Virus record (IMG/VR): IMGVR_UViG_3300020045_007904
Location: 1 to 35,214 of that record
Direction: 5' to 3' (one strand)
Source of the DNA: a virus
Taxonomy: Duplodnaviria; Caudoviricetes
DNA length: 35,214 bases
The position numbers and the translations under genes are program-made. The notes under the pieces were generated by a model. The model saw only the letters and a list, made by a program, of their open reading frames with translations, did no database searches and was not told the DNA's origin. Of this stretch, positions 17,579 through 25,590 are shown piece by piece; within the stretch, counting starts at the first letter, position 1; each line of letters starts with the position of its first letter.

Positions 17579-17782
17579 CTAGAGCAAGCTATCGTTCCCC
17601 CTAGTAGTGTGACTTCTCCAGTCTAAGGAGTGAATGAGTCCTTCACGTGAAAAGTTAAGCTGTACACTTCCTTGTCGAGTATCAAACACTCCCTGCGACA
17701 GTAAGAACGCAAAATTGTCGTAGTTCTGTTGGAACAGAATAAAGAGTGCGGCCTGTTCGTCTGTAAGAGAAAGGTTTGTCAT
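17579..17782 (-). CDS. Small protein, DUF2292/YezD-like
   Basis: Helix followed by GSVQLNFSREGLIHSLD beta-hairpin pattern; weak similarity by eye. Confidence 0.45.
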   Translation of the reverse strand: MTNLSLTDEQAALFILFQQNYDNFAFLLSQGVFDTRQGSVQLNFSREGLIHSLDWRSHTTRGNDSLL

Positions 17783-18321
17783 ACACCCTTGTTCTTATGC
17801 CCACCGTAAGTGCTAGTCTTTTTGTGACATGGTACGCAAAGCGTTCGTCCGTTGTCTATTGCAAAGCGAAGTTCGGGGTAATCGCAAAACGGTTTAATGT
17901 GGTCTGCTTGAACATAACCGTGGAAACCACACCAGATACATGTCCAGTTATCTCTCTTGAATACCGCTTCACGCCATAGTTTGTATTCAAAGTTATGGCG
18001 AAGCTTTTCAATTTCAGAGCTTCGTCCACCTTTCCAATTAAAATGTTTTTCACCTTTCAACGACTCACTTATTTTTTTTCTTGTTTCTAAACTTCGGACT
18101 GCCCCTAGTGCATGACTATTTCCCAACTGTCCTAAGCGCATCTTTTCACGAGTTTCGGGTGAACGTATAATTCCTTTAGGAGAAGGTGGTTTATTTCCGT
18201 TCCTGATATTAGCGTCCCTCAACTTGTTTTTATGCTCAATAGTTAAAGGAGGAAGTTTCCTACCTTTATTTAGATTACCTAATGTATTACCTTTTACAAA
18301 ACCTTTAATACCCTTTGGCAT
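17779..18321 (-). CDS. NUMOD3-HNH homing endonuclease
   Basis: RSPETREKM, RSLETRKKISES, HFNWKGG; WREAVFKRDNWTCIWC...ADHIKPF...NGRTLCVPCH. Confidence 0.92.
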   Translation of the reverse strand: MPKGIKGFVKGNTLGNLNKGRKLPPLTIEHKNKLRDANIRNGNKPPSPKGIIRSPETREKMRLGQLGNSHALGAVRSLETRKKISESLKGEKHFNWKGGRSSEIEKLRHNFEYKLWREAVFKRDNWTCIWCGFHGYVQADHIKPFCDYPELRFAIDNGRTLCVPCHKKTSTYGGHKNKGV

Positions 18322-18336
18322 AGCTGTATTTTAGCA

Positions 18337-19779
18337 TTAAAAATCCACTACGTCTTGAACAAAACGCTTTGGGATAAATCTTTCTCCTCGTATTGAACCA
18401 TCAACTGAACTGGCGGTTTCAACACCACTCATAAACTTATTGTTTTTAGGTATTACCATCGCAAGGTCTTCACCAAAACGATTTAGACCGACAATTGCGT
18501 ATACTAAAGACATGAAGTAATGGTCATGAGATTTTCTCTTCCAGACCCACCTCCAGCCATACTGCGGGTCGTTCTCGTCTTGTCCTTGTATCTCTTTCAC
18601 ACGATAGATGTTCAGACAGTGATTAAAGAAAGGTTGCCAGTCCTCTAGAGTTCCGTTAAACGTAATTCGAGTTTCGTTTATCTGGTCTACGAGCAACTGA
18701 ACTGTCCTGTTTCTATCCACTAACACCTTTCCGTATTCCTCGTTCTCTCCCCAGCGTATAAGTTCTTGATTTTTGGTCTCCTTCGTAAACCAACAGAGGA
18801 ACACTCGTCCTGTGTACTTGGCTTGAAGCTTCCTCACTCCTATGAGGTCTCCGCCTTGGTCGGCGACTAGTATCCATGTGGGGTTATCTCGAAGTAAGAT
18901 ATCAACCTCAGTATACGGGTCGTACCCCTTGGCATTGGGGTGATTCTCCATGTATTCCGCAACGGATTGGCAGTACCCGTGGTGGTATACGCCTTGCTTG
19001 TTTACTAGCGTGTAATAGATGTCGTGGCCTGTGTCAATCCCTATTATAGTCCTTCCTAGTTGTTCGTTCACTTCAGAGGATAAACATTTCGTCAAAGACA
19101 TCAGAGAAAGCAAGTCATTCAGACTTACATACGGCTCTCCTAACCATTTTTGTTTATAAAGAACAGGACGCTTTAGCTTATCGTCTGCTATCTCTTGTCG
19201 GATAACCTCTGGTAGGAATCCATACTTCTCCGCTACATCGTAGTTAACATTTATGATGAGAGTATTCGGACGTCCTTCTTCGACGAGTCTCGTATGTACA
19301 GGGTCGCTTACGGTGAGTCGGTTGTAGGTATAGATAATCTGTGAACCGTCTTTACGGACTGTTGGAGTTAAGACTTCAAGACTATTCTTTGTTATCGTCT
19401 GAGCTTCTTCAACCCATGCTACGTCAATACCTTCAATGGATTTTATACTTTGGTCGTTGTTCCACAGTCCTCTAAACAAGAAATCAGAGCCTGTTATCCT
19501 GTTGACTATCGCCTTATCGCTTACCGTAAAGTCAGTTAGCTCGTATTGCTTTATCAAGTCAGATAAGAGTTGATGTGAGCTTTCTGCGATAGAGTTCTGA
19601 AACTCTCGGAAACAACCTACACGTATCTTTTTCTGGCGAGCTCTTACTAAAAGTACTCGAGCTACTGAGTGTGACTTTAATGAGTAACGTCCACCGTATA
19701 CTGCGGACTCACGCCAGTCGGTATCAAATAGTCGTCTGTACTCACTGGGTATTTCCATTACTACCTGATTTTTCATCAA
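18337..19779 (-). CDS. terL: Terminase large subunit (PBSX/SPP1-like ATPase domain)
   Basis: Walker A-like GGRYSLKSH, REFQNSIAES, IKSIEGIDVAWVEEAQ (Walker B), TYN coupling motif, GIDTG nuclease motif. Confidence 0.93.
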   Translation of the reverse strand: MMKNQVVMEIPSEYRRLFDTDWRESAVYGGRYSLKSHSVARVLLVRARQKKIRVGCFREFQNSIAESSHQLLSDLIKQYELTDFTVSDKAIVNRITGSDFLFRGLWNNDQSIKSIEGIDVAWVEEAQTITKNSLEVLTPTVRKDGSQIIYTYNRLTVSDPVHTRLVEEGRPNTLIINVNYDVAEKYGFLPEVIRQEIADDKLKRPVLYKQKWLGEPYVSLNDLLSLMSLTKCLSSEVNEQLGRTIIGIDTGHDIYYTLVNKQGVYHHGYCQSVAEYMENHPNAKGYDPYTEVDILLRDNPTWILVADQGGDLIGVRKLQAKYTGRVFLCWFTKETKNQELIRWGENEEYGKVLVDRNRTVQLLVDQINETRITFNGTLEDWQPFFNHCLNIYRVKEIQGQDENDPQYGWRWVWKRKSHDHYFMSLVYAIVGLNRFGEDLAMVIPKNNKFMSGVETASSVDGSIRGERFIPKRFVQDVVDF

Positions 19780-20050
19780 TGAACTTGACTAGTATGGGTA
19801 ATACCGTGGTTTCTTGTTTTACTTCACTCTTTGTTTCTGGGTTTCCTTCTGCCATTCGCCAGACAATATCAGTTGGGAGCGACTCAAGATACTCAAGCTT
19901 TTCGTTATCAGGTAACGTATTAAAATACTCACGGGCGTATTCCTTGAGTGATTTACCTTTTGGACGCCCTAGTGGATTACCAGATTGACCCTTTTTCCAT
20001 AAATAGGGTTTAATCTGTTTTGGTGCGTGATTATCAGATTCGTTCTCCAT
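19742..20050 (-). CDS. terS: Terminase small subunit (DUF5681-type)
   Basis: WKKGQSGNPLGRPKG motif, immediately upstream of terL; start re-called at ATG 20050. Confidence 0.75.
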   Translation of the reverse strand: MENESDNHAPKQIKPYLWKKGQSGNPLGRPKGKSLKEYAREYFNTLPDNEKLEYLESLPTDIVWRMAEGNPETKSEVKQETTVLPILVKFIDEKSGSNGNTQ

Positions 20051-20216
20051 AATCGTATTCCATATCTTCTTTATTGCTTCGCTCCATTTCTTCGTCCGTT
20101 CTAACGATAGAATTACCGTCTTTGTCCTTTGCAAAGTTCCCTGAGTAAATAGTGTACTCTTTGGTTTCCGATGGGTTCGTACACTTTAGGAAGCCATTCC
20201 AAACAAAGTATTTCAT
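20034..20216 (-). CDS. Hypothetical protein
   Basis: 60-aa ORF coupled to neighbours. Confidence 0.55.
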   Translation of the reverse strand: MKYFVWNGFLKCTNPSETKEYTIYSGNFAKDKDGNSIVRTDEEMERSNKEDMEYDYGERI

Positions 20217-20422
20217 TAAAATAGAATACCCTTATAGAACGTCTCTAATTCCTTTTGTTTCTCTTCACTTACGGGAACAGAGTCTAGGACAAACTGATAT
20301 GTTTCTTCACCTTTTCGTATCTGAAGAGTCAAGTCACCTTTGTCTGTTTTGAGTATAAGATGATTAAGGACAGATACCTTTAAGATTCTCATTAGCTCGT
20401 TGTCTTTTGTGGGGGATTTCAT
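20216..20422 (-). CDS. Hypothetical protein
   Basis: 68-aa ORF with TAATG coupling. Confidence 0.55.
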   Translation of the reverse strand: MKSPTKDNELMRILKVSVLNHLILKTDKGDLTLQIRKGEETYQFVLDSVPVSEEKQKELETFYKGILF

Positions 20423-20567
20423 ACTTTTTGAAAGACTAAAGGCTTGTAATGTTTGTATTCTACGCCCGCTTGGCTTTTGGTTGTGAACTCAACGTACTTT
20501 ACTTCGTGAGTTGCCTTAATTGGAGTTCTACCTCGTCTAGCCCAGATTCTTCGATAGGCTTTTTCCT

Positions 20568-20723
20568 TCATACAGGTATTGATTTTATAATATTAAAGCA
20601 TTTTCTACAAAGTTCGTTAACTGATTCTATCGGAAGAGGAGATACTTTGGATACTATGTACGACCTTTTCTTTACGAAAAACTTCCTCTTCTTACACATA
20701 GCACAGGGTTTACGGAATGTCAT
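20568..20723 (-). CDS. 51-aa Cys4 zinc-binding peptide
   Basis: Manual translation MTFRKPCAMCKKRKFF...ELCRKCFNIIKSIPV; ATGA overlap with the upstream gene. Confidence 0.55.
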   Translation of the reverse strand: MTFRKPCAMCKKRKFFVKKRSYIVSKVSPLPIESVNELCRKCFNIIKSIPV

Positions 20724-21001
20724 TTCTTTTCGTTTAAAGCTAACCACAGATTCGCTACGGCTTCTTCGGGGGTTGTGCCGTTAGAAGCTCCAAAATCGTG
20801 GGAGTAACCGATATCAGTATTTGTCTTGTACTTTCCTTCTGGTGTTCGTACCAAAGACTCGAAATAATCCCCACACGCCTCAATGAGTTCGGAGAGGGTG
20901 GGGTAGTATATTGGTTCTGGCCCAACAAGTTTATCCCAAATTGCATCAGGTTTTTGAGGAAACCCAGAATCTTTAAGGCGTTTTGCTAGGCTATAGTCCA
21001 T
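20720..21001 (-). CDS. Conserved-type phage hypothetical protein
   Basis: LAKRLKDSGFPQ...PTLSELIEACG...TPEEAVANLWLAL pattern. Confidence 0.7.
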   Translation of the reverse strand: MDYSLAKRLKDSGFPQKPDAIWDKLVGPEPIYYPTLSELIEACGDYFESLVRTPEGKYKTNTDIGYSHDFGASNGTTPEEAVANLWLALNEKK

Positions 21002-21069
21002 ATATATCAACCTGCCGTTTTAGACAAGCCTTTTAAATTATTACTAATACTCGATGCGAAATGTCATAA

Positions 21070-21264
21070 TTAAGGGTTGTAGTAAATTGATACTCCACCA
21101 ACAGTAGTCCATCTAGGACCGTGATAGGAAAGTTCTTTAATACGGGTTATTTTGCAATCTCTCCTTATACCAATGACTGTATCGGTGTCAAGTACGTTTT
21201 TATTCATCCAACTACTTAATTCCTTAAGAGTAATCAGACTTTTAGGGACAAGTTTTATTTTCAT
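21070..21264 (-). CDS. Hypothetical protein
   Basis: 64-aa ORF starting 2 nt after the groEL stop. Confidence 0.5.
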   Translation of the reverse strand: MKIKLVPKSLITLKELSSWMNKNVLDTDTVIGIRRDCKITRIKELSYHGPRWTTVGGVSIYYNP

Positions 21265-21266
21265 AT

Positions 21267-22781
21267 CTAGAATCTAGCTCCTTTATTTTGTAACATCTCA
21301 TACGCTATCTGGTCTGGAGTTTTCGGAGGTTTTGTTATAACAATACCTGTCGTAAGTACGATACTTGCGAGTGCGATGGCGTTCCTTACGGCATTCTTAA
21401 CTACAACCGCACTGTCAATTATGTCGTCTGAAAATGCAAGTGTCGTGCCAACGAATATTCCCATATTTCTTTCATTCTGGTGTAGAGGTTCTTTAAGAGC
21501 TATCGCCAATATTTCACCCGCCTTAGTGCTTGGCATCGCTTGAGACGCATTTAATAGAGCTACTCCACCTCCTGCTACTACCCCACCCTTTAAAGCCGAC
21601 TGTGAGCTGTTTATAGCGTCTGCACACTTCAACCTTAGATGGCTGAGTTCTGACTCGTTGTTCGCACCTAACTTCAAGATACAGGTCTTGGTCTGAAGCC
21701 AGCTTAAACGTAGCTTGCTGTCAGTTTCGTCATTAGCTTTAAGAGCTTCAAGATGAGATGTAAAATCCTTTGTTCCGAGTACAATCGTTTCGTCTTGTGT
21801 TACGGTGATTTTACCACACGTTCCTAGATGGTCGAGCTTTAATGTTTTAAACGTTATCCCGCTCGAGTCCTCGACAATCGTTGCGCCCGTTACCTTTGCG
21901 AAGTCCTCGAAGACGTATTGTTTCCATAAAACAGGAGCTTTTATGATAAGGATTTTAGCTACCTTTGCTCGATGTGTGGCAATCATTCGTTGTGCGACAC
22001 CCGAGTCCATATCGTCTGTGAAAATGACAAGAGGTCTGCTTGATTCTACACACTGATTGAGTATAGGTTCGATGTCAGAGTCCTTTGTGATTTTGTTCTT
22101 GGTTACGAGGATTATGGGGTTTTCGTAGATTGCTTTTGTTTCGAGGCGACCTTCTTTTTGGGCGACTTCATCGTAGACCAAGTAAGGCGACAAATACCCT
22201 GTACCTTGAAATCTAACCCCTTCAATAACGGAAAATGTTGTCTGATAATTTCCTGAACCTTCTGGGATGATAATTCCGTCCTTTCCAATTTTTTTATATA
22301 TGTCTCCCAAAAGGTTTCCAAGCTCTTTCGATTCTCCAGCAATAGAAGCCACTTTGTACACGTCATCGACGGTGATGTCTTGTTTTTGGTCATCTATGTT
22401 CTTTTCTATTACTGGAATCAAAGCGTCAAGTTCACGCTTTAGTTCCATACCTGATAAACCCGAGGCTAGAGCTTGTTCGAGAATTGATTCAGAAATAATG
22501 AGCGAAGTCTTCCTACCGTCCCCGCTCGTAGCGTCTTGACGGTCTACCAGTTCTTTTAAGTAATCAAGTCCTACCTTTTGAACTTGGTCGGTTACTTGGA
22601 TAGCTTGAATTATCGTTTTGGCGTCATTGGCAGTCTGATTGAATGGATAGAGGTCAACTTGTATGGCCGCATTAACTCCTTTACTACCGTAGGAAAGTCT
22701 AATCGCTTTAGTAGCGTGTTTGATACCGTCCATCATTCCCTGCATAGCTTCCTTGCCTAGAACTACGTTTGATTCAGACAT
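21267..22781 (-). CDS. groEL: Divergent group I chaperonin (GroEL/Cpn60-like)
   Basis: YGSKG, SGDGRKTS, IGKDGII, GYLSPY, ENPIILVT, RPLVIF, KAP, LDHLGTC, GVVAGGGVAL are colinear with GroEL. Confidence 0.95.
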   Translation of the reverse strand: MSESNVVLGKEAMQGMMDGIKHATKAIRLSYGSKGVNAAIQVDLYPFNQTANDAKTIIQAIQVTDQVQKVGLDYLKELVDRQDATSGDGRKTSLIISESILEQALASGLSGMELKRELDALIPVIEKNIDDQKQDITVDDVYKVASIAGESKELGNLLGDIYKKIGKDGIIIPEGSGNYQTTFSVIEGVRFQGTGYLSPYLVYDEVAQKEGRLETKAIYENPIILVTKNKITKDSDIEPILNQCVESSRPLVIFTDDMDSGVAQRMIATHRAKVAKILIIKAPVLWKQYVFEDFAKVTGATIVEDSSGITFKTLKLDHLGTCGKITVTQDETIVLGTKDFTSHLEALKANDETDSKLRLSWLQTKTCILKLGANNESELSHLRLKCADAINSSQSALKGGVVAGGGVALLNASQAMPSTKAGEILAIALKEPLHQNERNMGIFVGTTLAFSDDIIDSAVVVKNAVRNAIALASIVLTTGIVITKPPKTPDQIAYEMLQNKGARF

Positions 22782-22938
22782 TTGGTTTTGAATTAAACTT
22801 TCCAGTACACATAAAACAGTACCAATGGTCGTCTTTCTGTTCGGTATCGGGGTTTTTACAGTATGGACAGGTGTGTTTGCCGAATTGATAGTCTCCGTCT
22901 TTGTTCACTCCGTCCTTTATCTGTTCAGTGTCTAACAT
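22774..22938 (-). CDS. 54-aa zinc-ribbon peptide
   Basis: Manual translation MLDTEQIKDG...HTCPYCKNPDTEQKDDHWYCFMCTGKF; overlaps both neighbours. Confidence 0.6.
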   Translation of the reverse strand: MLDTEQIKDGVNKDGDYQFGKHTCPYCKNPDTEQKDDHWYCFMCTGKFNSKPNV

Positions 22939-23147
22939 AGATTTGATTCAGGATATTCGTGCTTGAATAAAGGATTCTGTGGCACTAGAGCTTGTCGGGC
23001 GTGAAAGGAAAGATACTCTAGGTTATTCAGTTGTCCGTTAGCGACTTTGAAAAACTGTTTGTGGCCACATATCTCACACACCTCACTTACACCCTCATAG
23101 AATTGTTCTTTGATACTAAACCTATGTAGGTAGCTATTCCTGCACAA
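22932..23147 (-). CDS. Small Cys/His protein
   Basis: Likely TTG start at 23147: CRNSYLHRF...CEICGH. Confidence 0.55.
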   Translation of the reverse strand: MCRNSYLHRFSIKEQFYEGVSEVCEICGHKQFFKVANGQLNNLEYLSFHARQALVPQNPLFKHEYPESNLC

Positions 23148-23391
23148 TGACTCCGAGAATAAACCTCTCATCTTCGGGTACGAAGTAAAACTTTTCATTT
23201 TCAATTTCAACACTGTTAATCCCCCAGACGGTGTATGCGATTACATCTCCAACCTTTATACGACTGTCGTTACTTGGAGCTTTTGCGACCACAACACCGT
23301 ACTCACAAAAAGACTTCTGCTCTGATACTAAAACCTGTTTCTTTTCTACGGGCTTAATGAGTAGATTGTATCCAAATGGTGATATTTTCAT
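23134..23391 (-). CDS. groES: Co-chaperonin GroES/Cpn10-like
   Basis: MKISPFGYNLLIKPVE...GVVVA...IKVGDVIAY...VEIENEKFYFVPEDERFILGVI is colinear with GroES; lies near groEL. Confidence 0.88.
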   Translation of the reverse strand: MKISPFGYNLLIKPVEKKQVLVSEQKSFCEYGVVVAKAPSNDSRIKVGDVIAYTVWGINSVEIENEKFYFVPEDERFILGVIVQE

Positions 23392-23579
23392 TGTTCGTCA
23401 ATTATCGCTTCTACTGGGTCTTTAGGAGTTCGTTTTATAACTACTGCCATTTCGTGAAACTCTGACTGTTTACCTAATTTTAGAAACACTTGGTTCTTTT
23501 TCGTTAAGTCTTCTGGAAGTGGGTAATAGTTGTCTTGTCCTGACAGATTCCACAAGTTTTTCAGACGCTTGAATATCAT
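23388..23579 (-). CDS. Hypothetical protein
   Basis: 63 aa with ATGA overlaps. Confidence 0.6.
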   Translation of the reverse strand: MIFKRLKNLWNLSGQDNYYPLPEDLTKKNQVFLKLGKQSEFHEMAVVIKRTPKDPVEAIIDEQ

Positions 23580-23782
23580 TTAAGGTCACTTACGTTGATA
23601 GTCTGCTGGGTGTAACGTGTGTCTTGGAGGTAGGCGTCAACCTTAACAGCAAACAACCCGTCCTTAGTGTTCGCCATTGAAACGAAAGCGGCGGGCTGAA
23701 GGTCTAAAGTCTTTAGATAGGAGATAGCTTTTTCCGAGCGTTCGAGAATATCTTTGCGCTGTTCTTCGGAGTAATTTGCCAT
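23576..23782 (-). CDS. Hypothetical protein, first gene of the chaperonin-terminase operon (leaderless)
   Basis: 68 aa; ATG lies 6 nt after the -10. Confidence 0.65.
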   Translation of the reverse strand: MANYSEEQRKDILERSEKAISYLKTLDLQPAAFVSMANTKDGLFAVKVDAYLQDTRYTQQTINVSDLK

Positions 23783-23788
23783 ACGTTT

Positions 23789-23831
23789 ATATTACACGTT
23801 TTCTAATAATAATCAAGTGTTTTTATCCACA
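23789..23831 (-). promoter_or_regulatory. DnaA box plus promoter
   Basis: TGTGGATAA-6 nt-TTGATT-16 nt-TAATAT-6 nt-ATG. Confidence 0.65.
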
Positions 23832-23834
23832 GCC

Positions 23835-24226
23835 TCTAAGAACGTACCATCCTTTTTACCTCATCTCTTAATGGCAGGTAAACAGTGATACTATTGTCTC
23901 TACGCTAGACTCTTAACCTCAATGCTCGGAGTTACTCGTTACCGTTTAACTTGCTGGTACTGACAAGTGTTTTAGCATCAGGAGAGTGTAGGCTTTTAGT
24001 GAAGTGCTTATGAGGCCGAGGGGCGAAAGGATAAAACGCTAGTCCCTCGGTGTTATCAGCACTCCACTCTAGGTGTTAGTTGGTATCTCTCGGATGAAAC
24101 CTATCGCCGAGCCGTAGATGTATGTACAAAAATCACCCACCCGTAGGGCGAGTGAGTGATTTTAATCACCAATCTGCCCTACAGATTAGTATGTATATAC
24201 TACTAGAAACACTAAAATCTTGTCAA
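23835..24226 (-). ncRNA. Promoter-led structured non-coding region with kissing-loop hairpin/terminator pair
   Basis: TTGACA at 24226-24221; hairpin 24168-24190; terminator 24129-24163; long hairpin 23998-24068; no ORF of 60 aa or more. Confidence 0.55.
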
Positions 24227-24234
24227 TACCTTTT

Positions 24235-24507
24235 TCAACGTGCAAGTTTGTCGTAGGACACTATCTCCAATCCAAGTGAGGGTACTGTTCTGATTACCTT
24301 CTTGAACGGTGAACTCTTGAGAACGTAAATAAAGTCTTTACAGCCGTATTCGCCTTTCTCAAAGTGTCCCTCGATTTCCCAACCCGATTTGTTCAAATCA
24401 CAGATATAGGCTCCGAGCCTGCTAACAAAATGCTGAAGGCAGAAGTTCCGTGAAATCTTCCCGTAGTCTAGGAGGTGTTTGGTTATGAAGGCTTCTTGGT
24501 TTTTCAT
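24235..24507 (-). CDS. Winged HTH DNA-binding protein (HTH_39-like)
   Basis: HLLDYGKISRNFCL...SRLGAYICDLNKSGWEI pattern. Confidence 0.7.
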   Translation of the reverse strand: MKNQEAFITKHLLDYGKISRNFCLQHFVSRLGAYICDLNKSGWEIEGHFEKGEYGCKDFIYVLKSSPFKKVIRTVPSLGLEIVSYDKLAR

Positions 24508-24800
24508 ACCTCAAAAAATCTACCGTGAGTTTTTCGAATAACGACTAAAAGTTGTTCTAGAGTTACATTACGAAGTTTTTTCTTAGATTCCTCTACCGCC
24601 TCCTTTTTCGTTCTTCCTGTTGCCACCGATGCGCCACTTGTTAGTTCAGTTACAACCCACCCCTCTGTAACGTGCTCCAAATTTTCGTTCTCTGCGGGCC
24701 TGTGTATAAAAGTAACGATGTACGGAGAAAGTCTGATTAACTCTCCTTTAACATCCAAACTCCTCCACTTTGTATTTGATGAAACCTTAAAGTTTTTCAT
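24504..24800 (-). CDS. Hypothetical protein
   Basis: 98 aa with WVVTELTSGASVATGRTKKEAVE; ATGA coupling. Confidence 0.65.
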   Translation of the reverse strand: MKNFKVSSNTKWRSLDVKGELIRLSPYIVTFIHRPAENENLEHVTEGWVVTELTSGASVATGRTKKEAVEESKKKLRNVTLEQLLVVIRKTHGRFFEV

Positions 24801-24919
24801 AGTTCATCTTCACCCTTTTAGCCAACGTGTCGATAAAAACTACATACTAGGGAGATACTGAGTATCTTTCCGTTCCTAGTTTCTTGTCGAACAAGTCAGG
24901 GTCAAGGAATGAAGTGTCA

Positions 24920-25154
24920 AGTAGATATTTCGATACGCTTTCAGTAGGTTAGGATTTCGTACAACCCCGCTTTGCAGTAGTTGTTTAGTCACCTAACAGG
25001 TTTTTCATAGATAACTTTACCTTAAAGGTATAGTGCCGTCACACAGCTCTAATGGGCTATCAACCAATGTATCAGTCGGGTAACAAGCGGATTTCCTTGC
25101 TCCCCTAGCGTCTCCCTTTTCCGCCACTACTGAGTGCGTATAAAAATATCTACT
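24920..25154 (-). ncRNA. tRNA-like structured RNA with large inserts
   Basis: Nested stems AGTAGATATTT/AAATATCTACT, ATACGC/GCGTAT and TCAGTAG/CTACTGA; Leu-type D-arm TGGCGGAAAAGGGAGACGC; T-stem-like GTTAGG/CCTAAC with loop ending GAAAT. Confidence 0.6.
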
Positions 25155-25160
25155 CACGAT

Positions 25161-25204
25161 ATCGTATACTATTTCTGCTCAAATTGCAAGCCTAGTTATC
25201 CACA
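25161..25204 (-). promoter_or_regulatory. DnaA box plus promoter driving the tRNA-like RNA
   Basis: TGTGGATAA-6 nt-TTGCAA-17 nt-TACGAT; TGTGGATAACTAGGCTTGC is identical to 1981-1999. Confidence 0.7.
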
Positions 25205-25590
25205 GAAAGGAGTTTCTTATATTCCTCAATAAGTTGAATATAGTGGTCTCGAGCTTTGATTGGTTTCCCTTTTGACGCTGAGCATTCGTTGTAGAGTTTC
25301 TGTTCTGCTTCGTCACCGATTTCTGATTTCATATGTTCACGGAATCGTCCTCCCATACCTCCTAGATTTATATTGCAGTTGTAACACTGGATTCTCAAAA
25401 TCCGTAAGTCGTATTTAAGTAATGCACTCAAAGCTCCTTTCGGGAAGTAGTGACCACATTGTCGATTTGCTCCTTCTAGACGCTCTTGGAAACAGGTATA
25501 ACACTTACTACCGTATCTTTTTATCGTGATGTTTCTACAAAGCTCCCAAAGCTCACGTTCTATAGCCTTCATTGAGCGTTGTTTTTTCAT
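25192..25590 (-). CDS. ninG: NinG/Rap-like recombination endonuclease
   Basis: CYTC...QCGHYF...LKYDLRILRIQCYNCN; start re-called at ATG 25590 (ATGA overlap). Confidence 0.8.
   Translation of the reverse strand: MKKQRSMKAIERELWELCRNITIKRYGSKCYTCFQERLEGANRQCGHYFPKGALSALLKYDLRILRIQCYNCNINLGGMGGRFREHMKSEIGDEAEQKLYNECSASKGKPIKARDHYIQLIEEYKKLLSVDN

Noticed and set aside
24941-25133. Canonical tRNA, tmRNA or group I intron-containing tRNA
   Set aside because: No 7-nt anticodon loop, no TTCG T-loop, no CCA and no evident tag ORF; the insert is too short for a group I intron. Kept as tRNA-like only.
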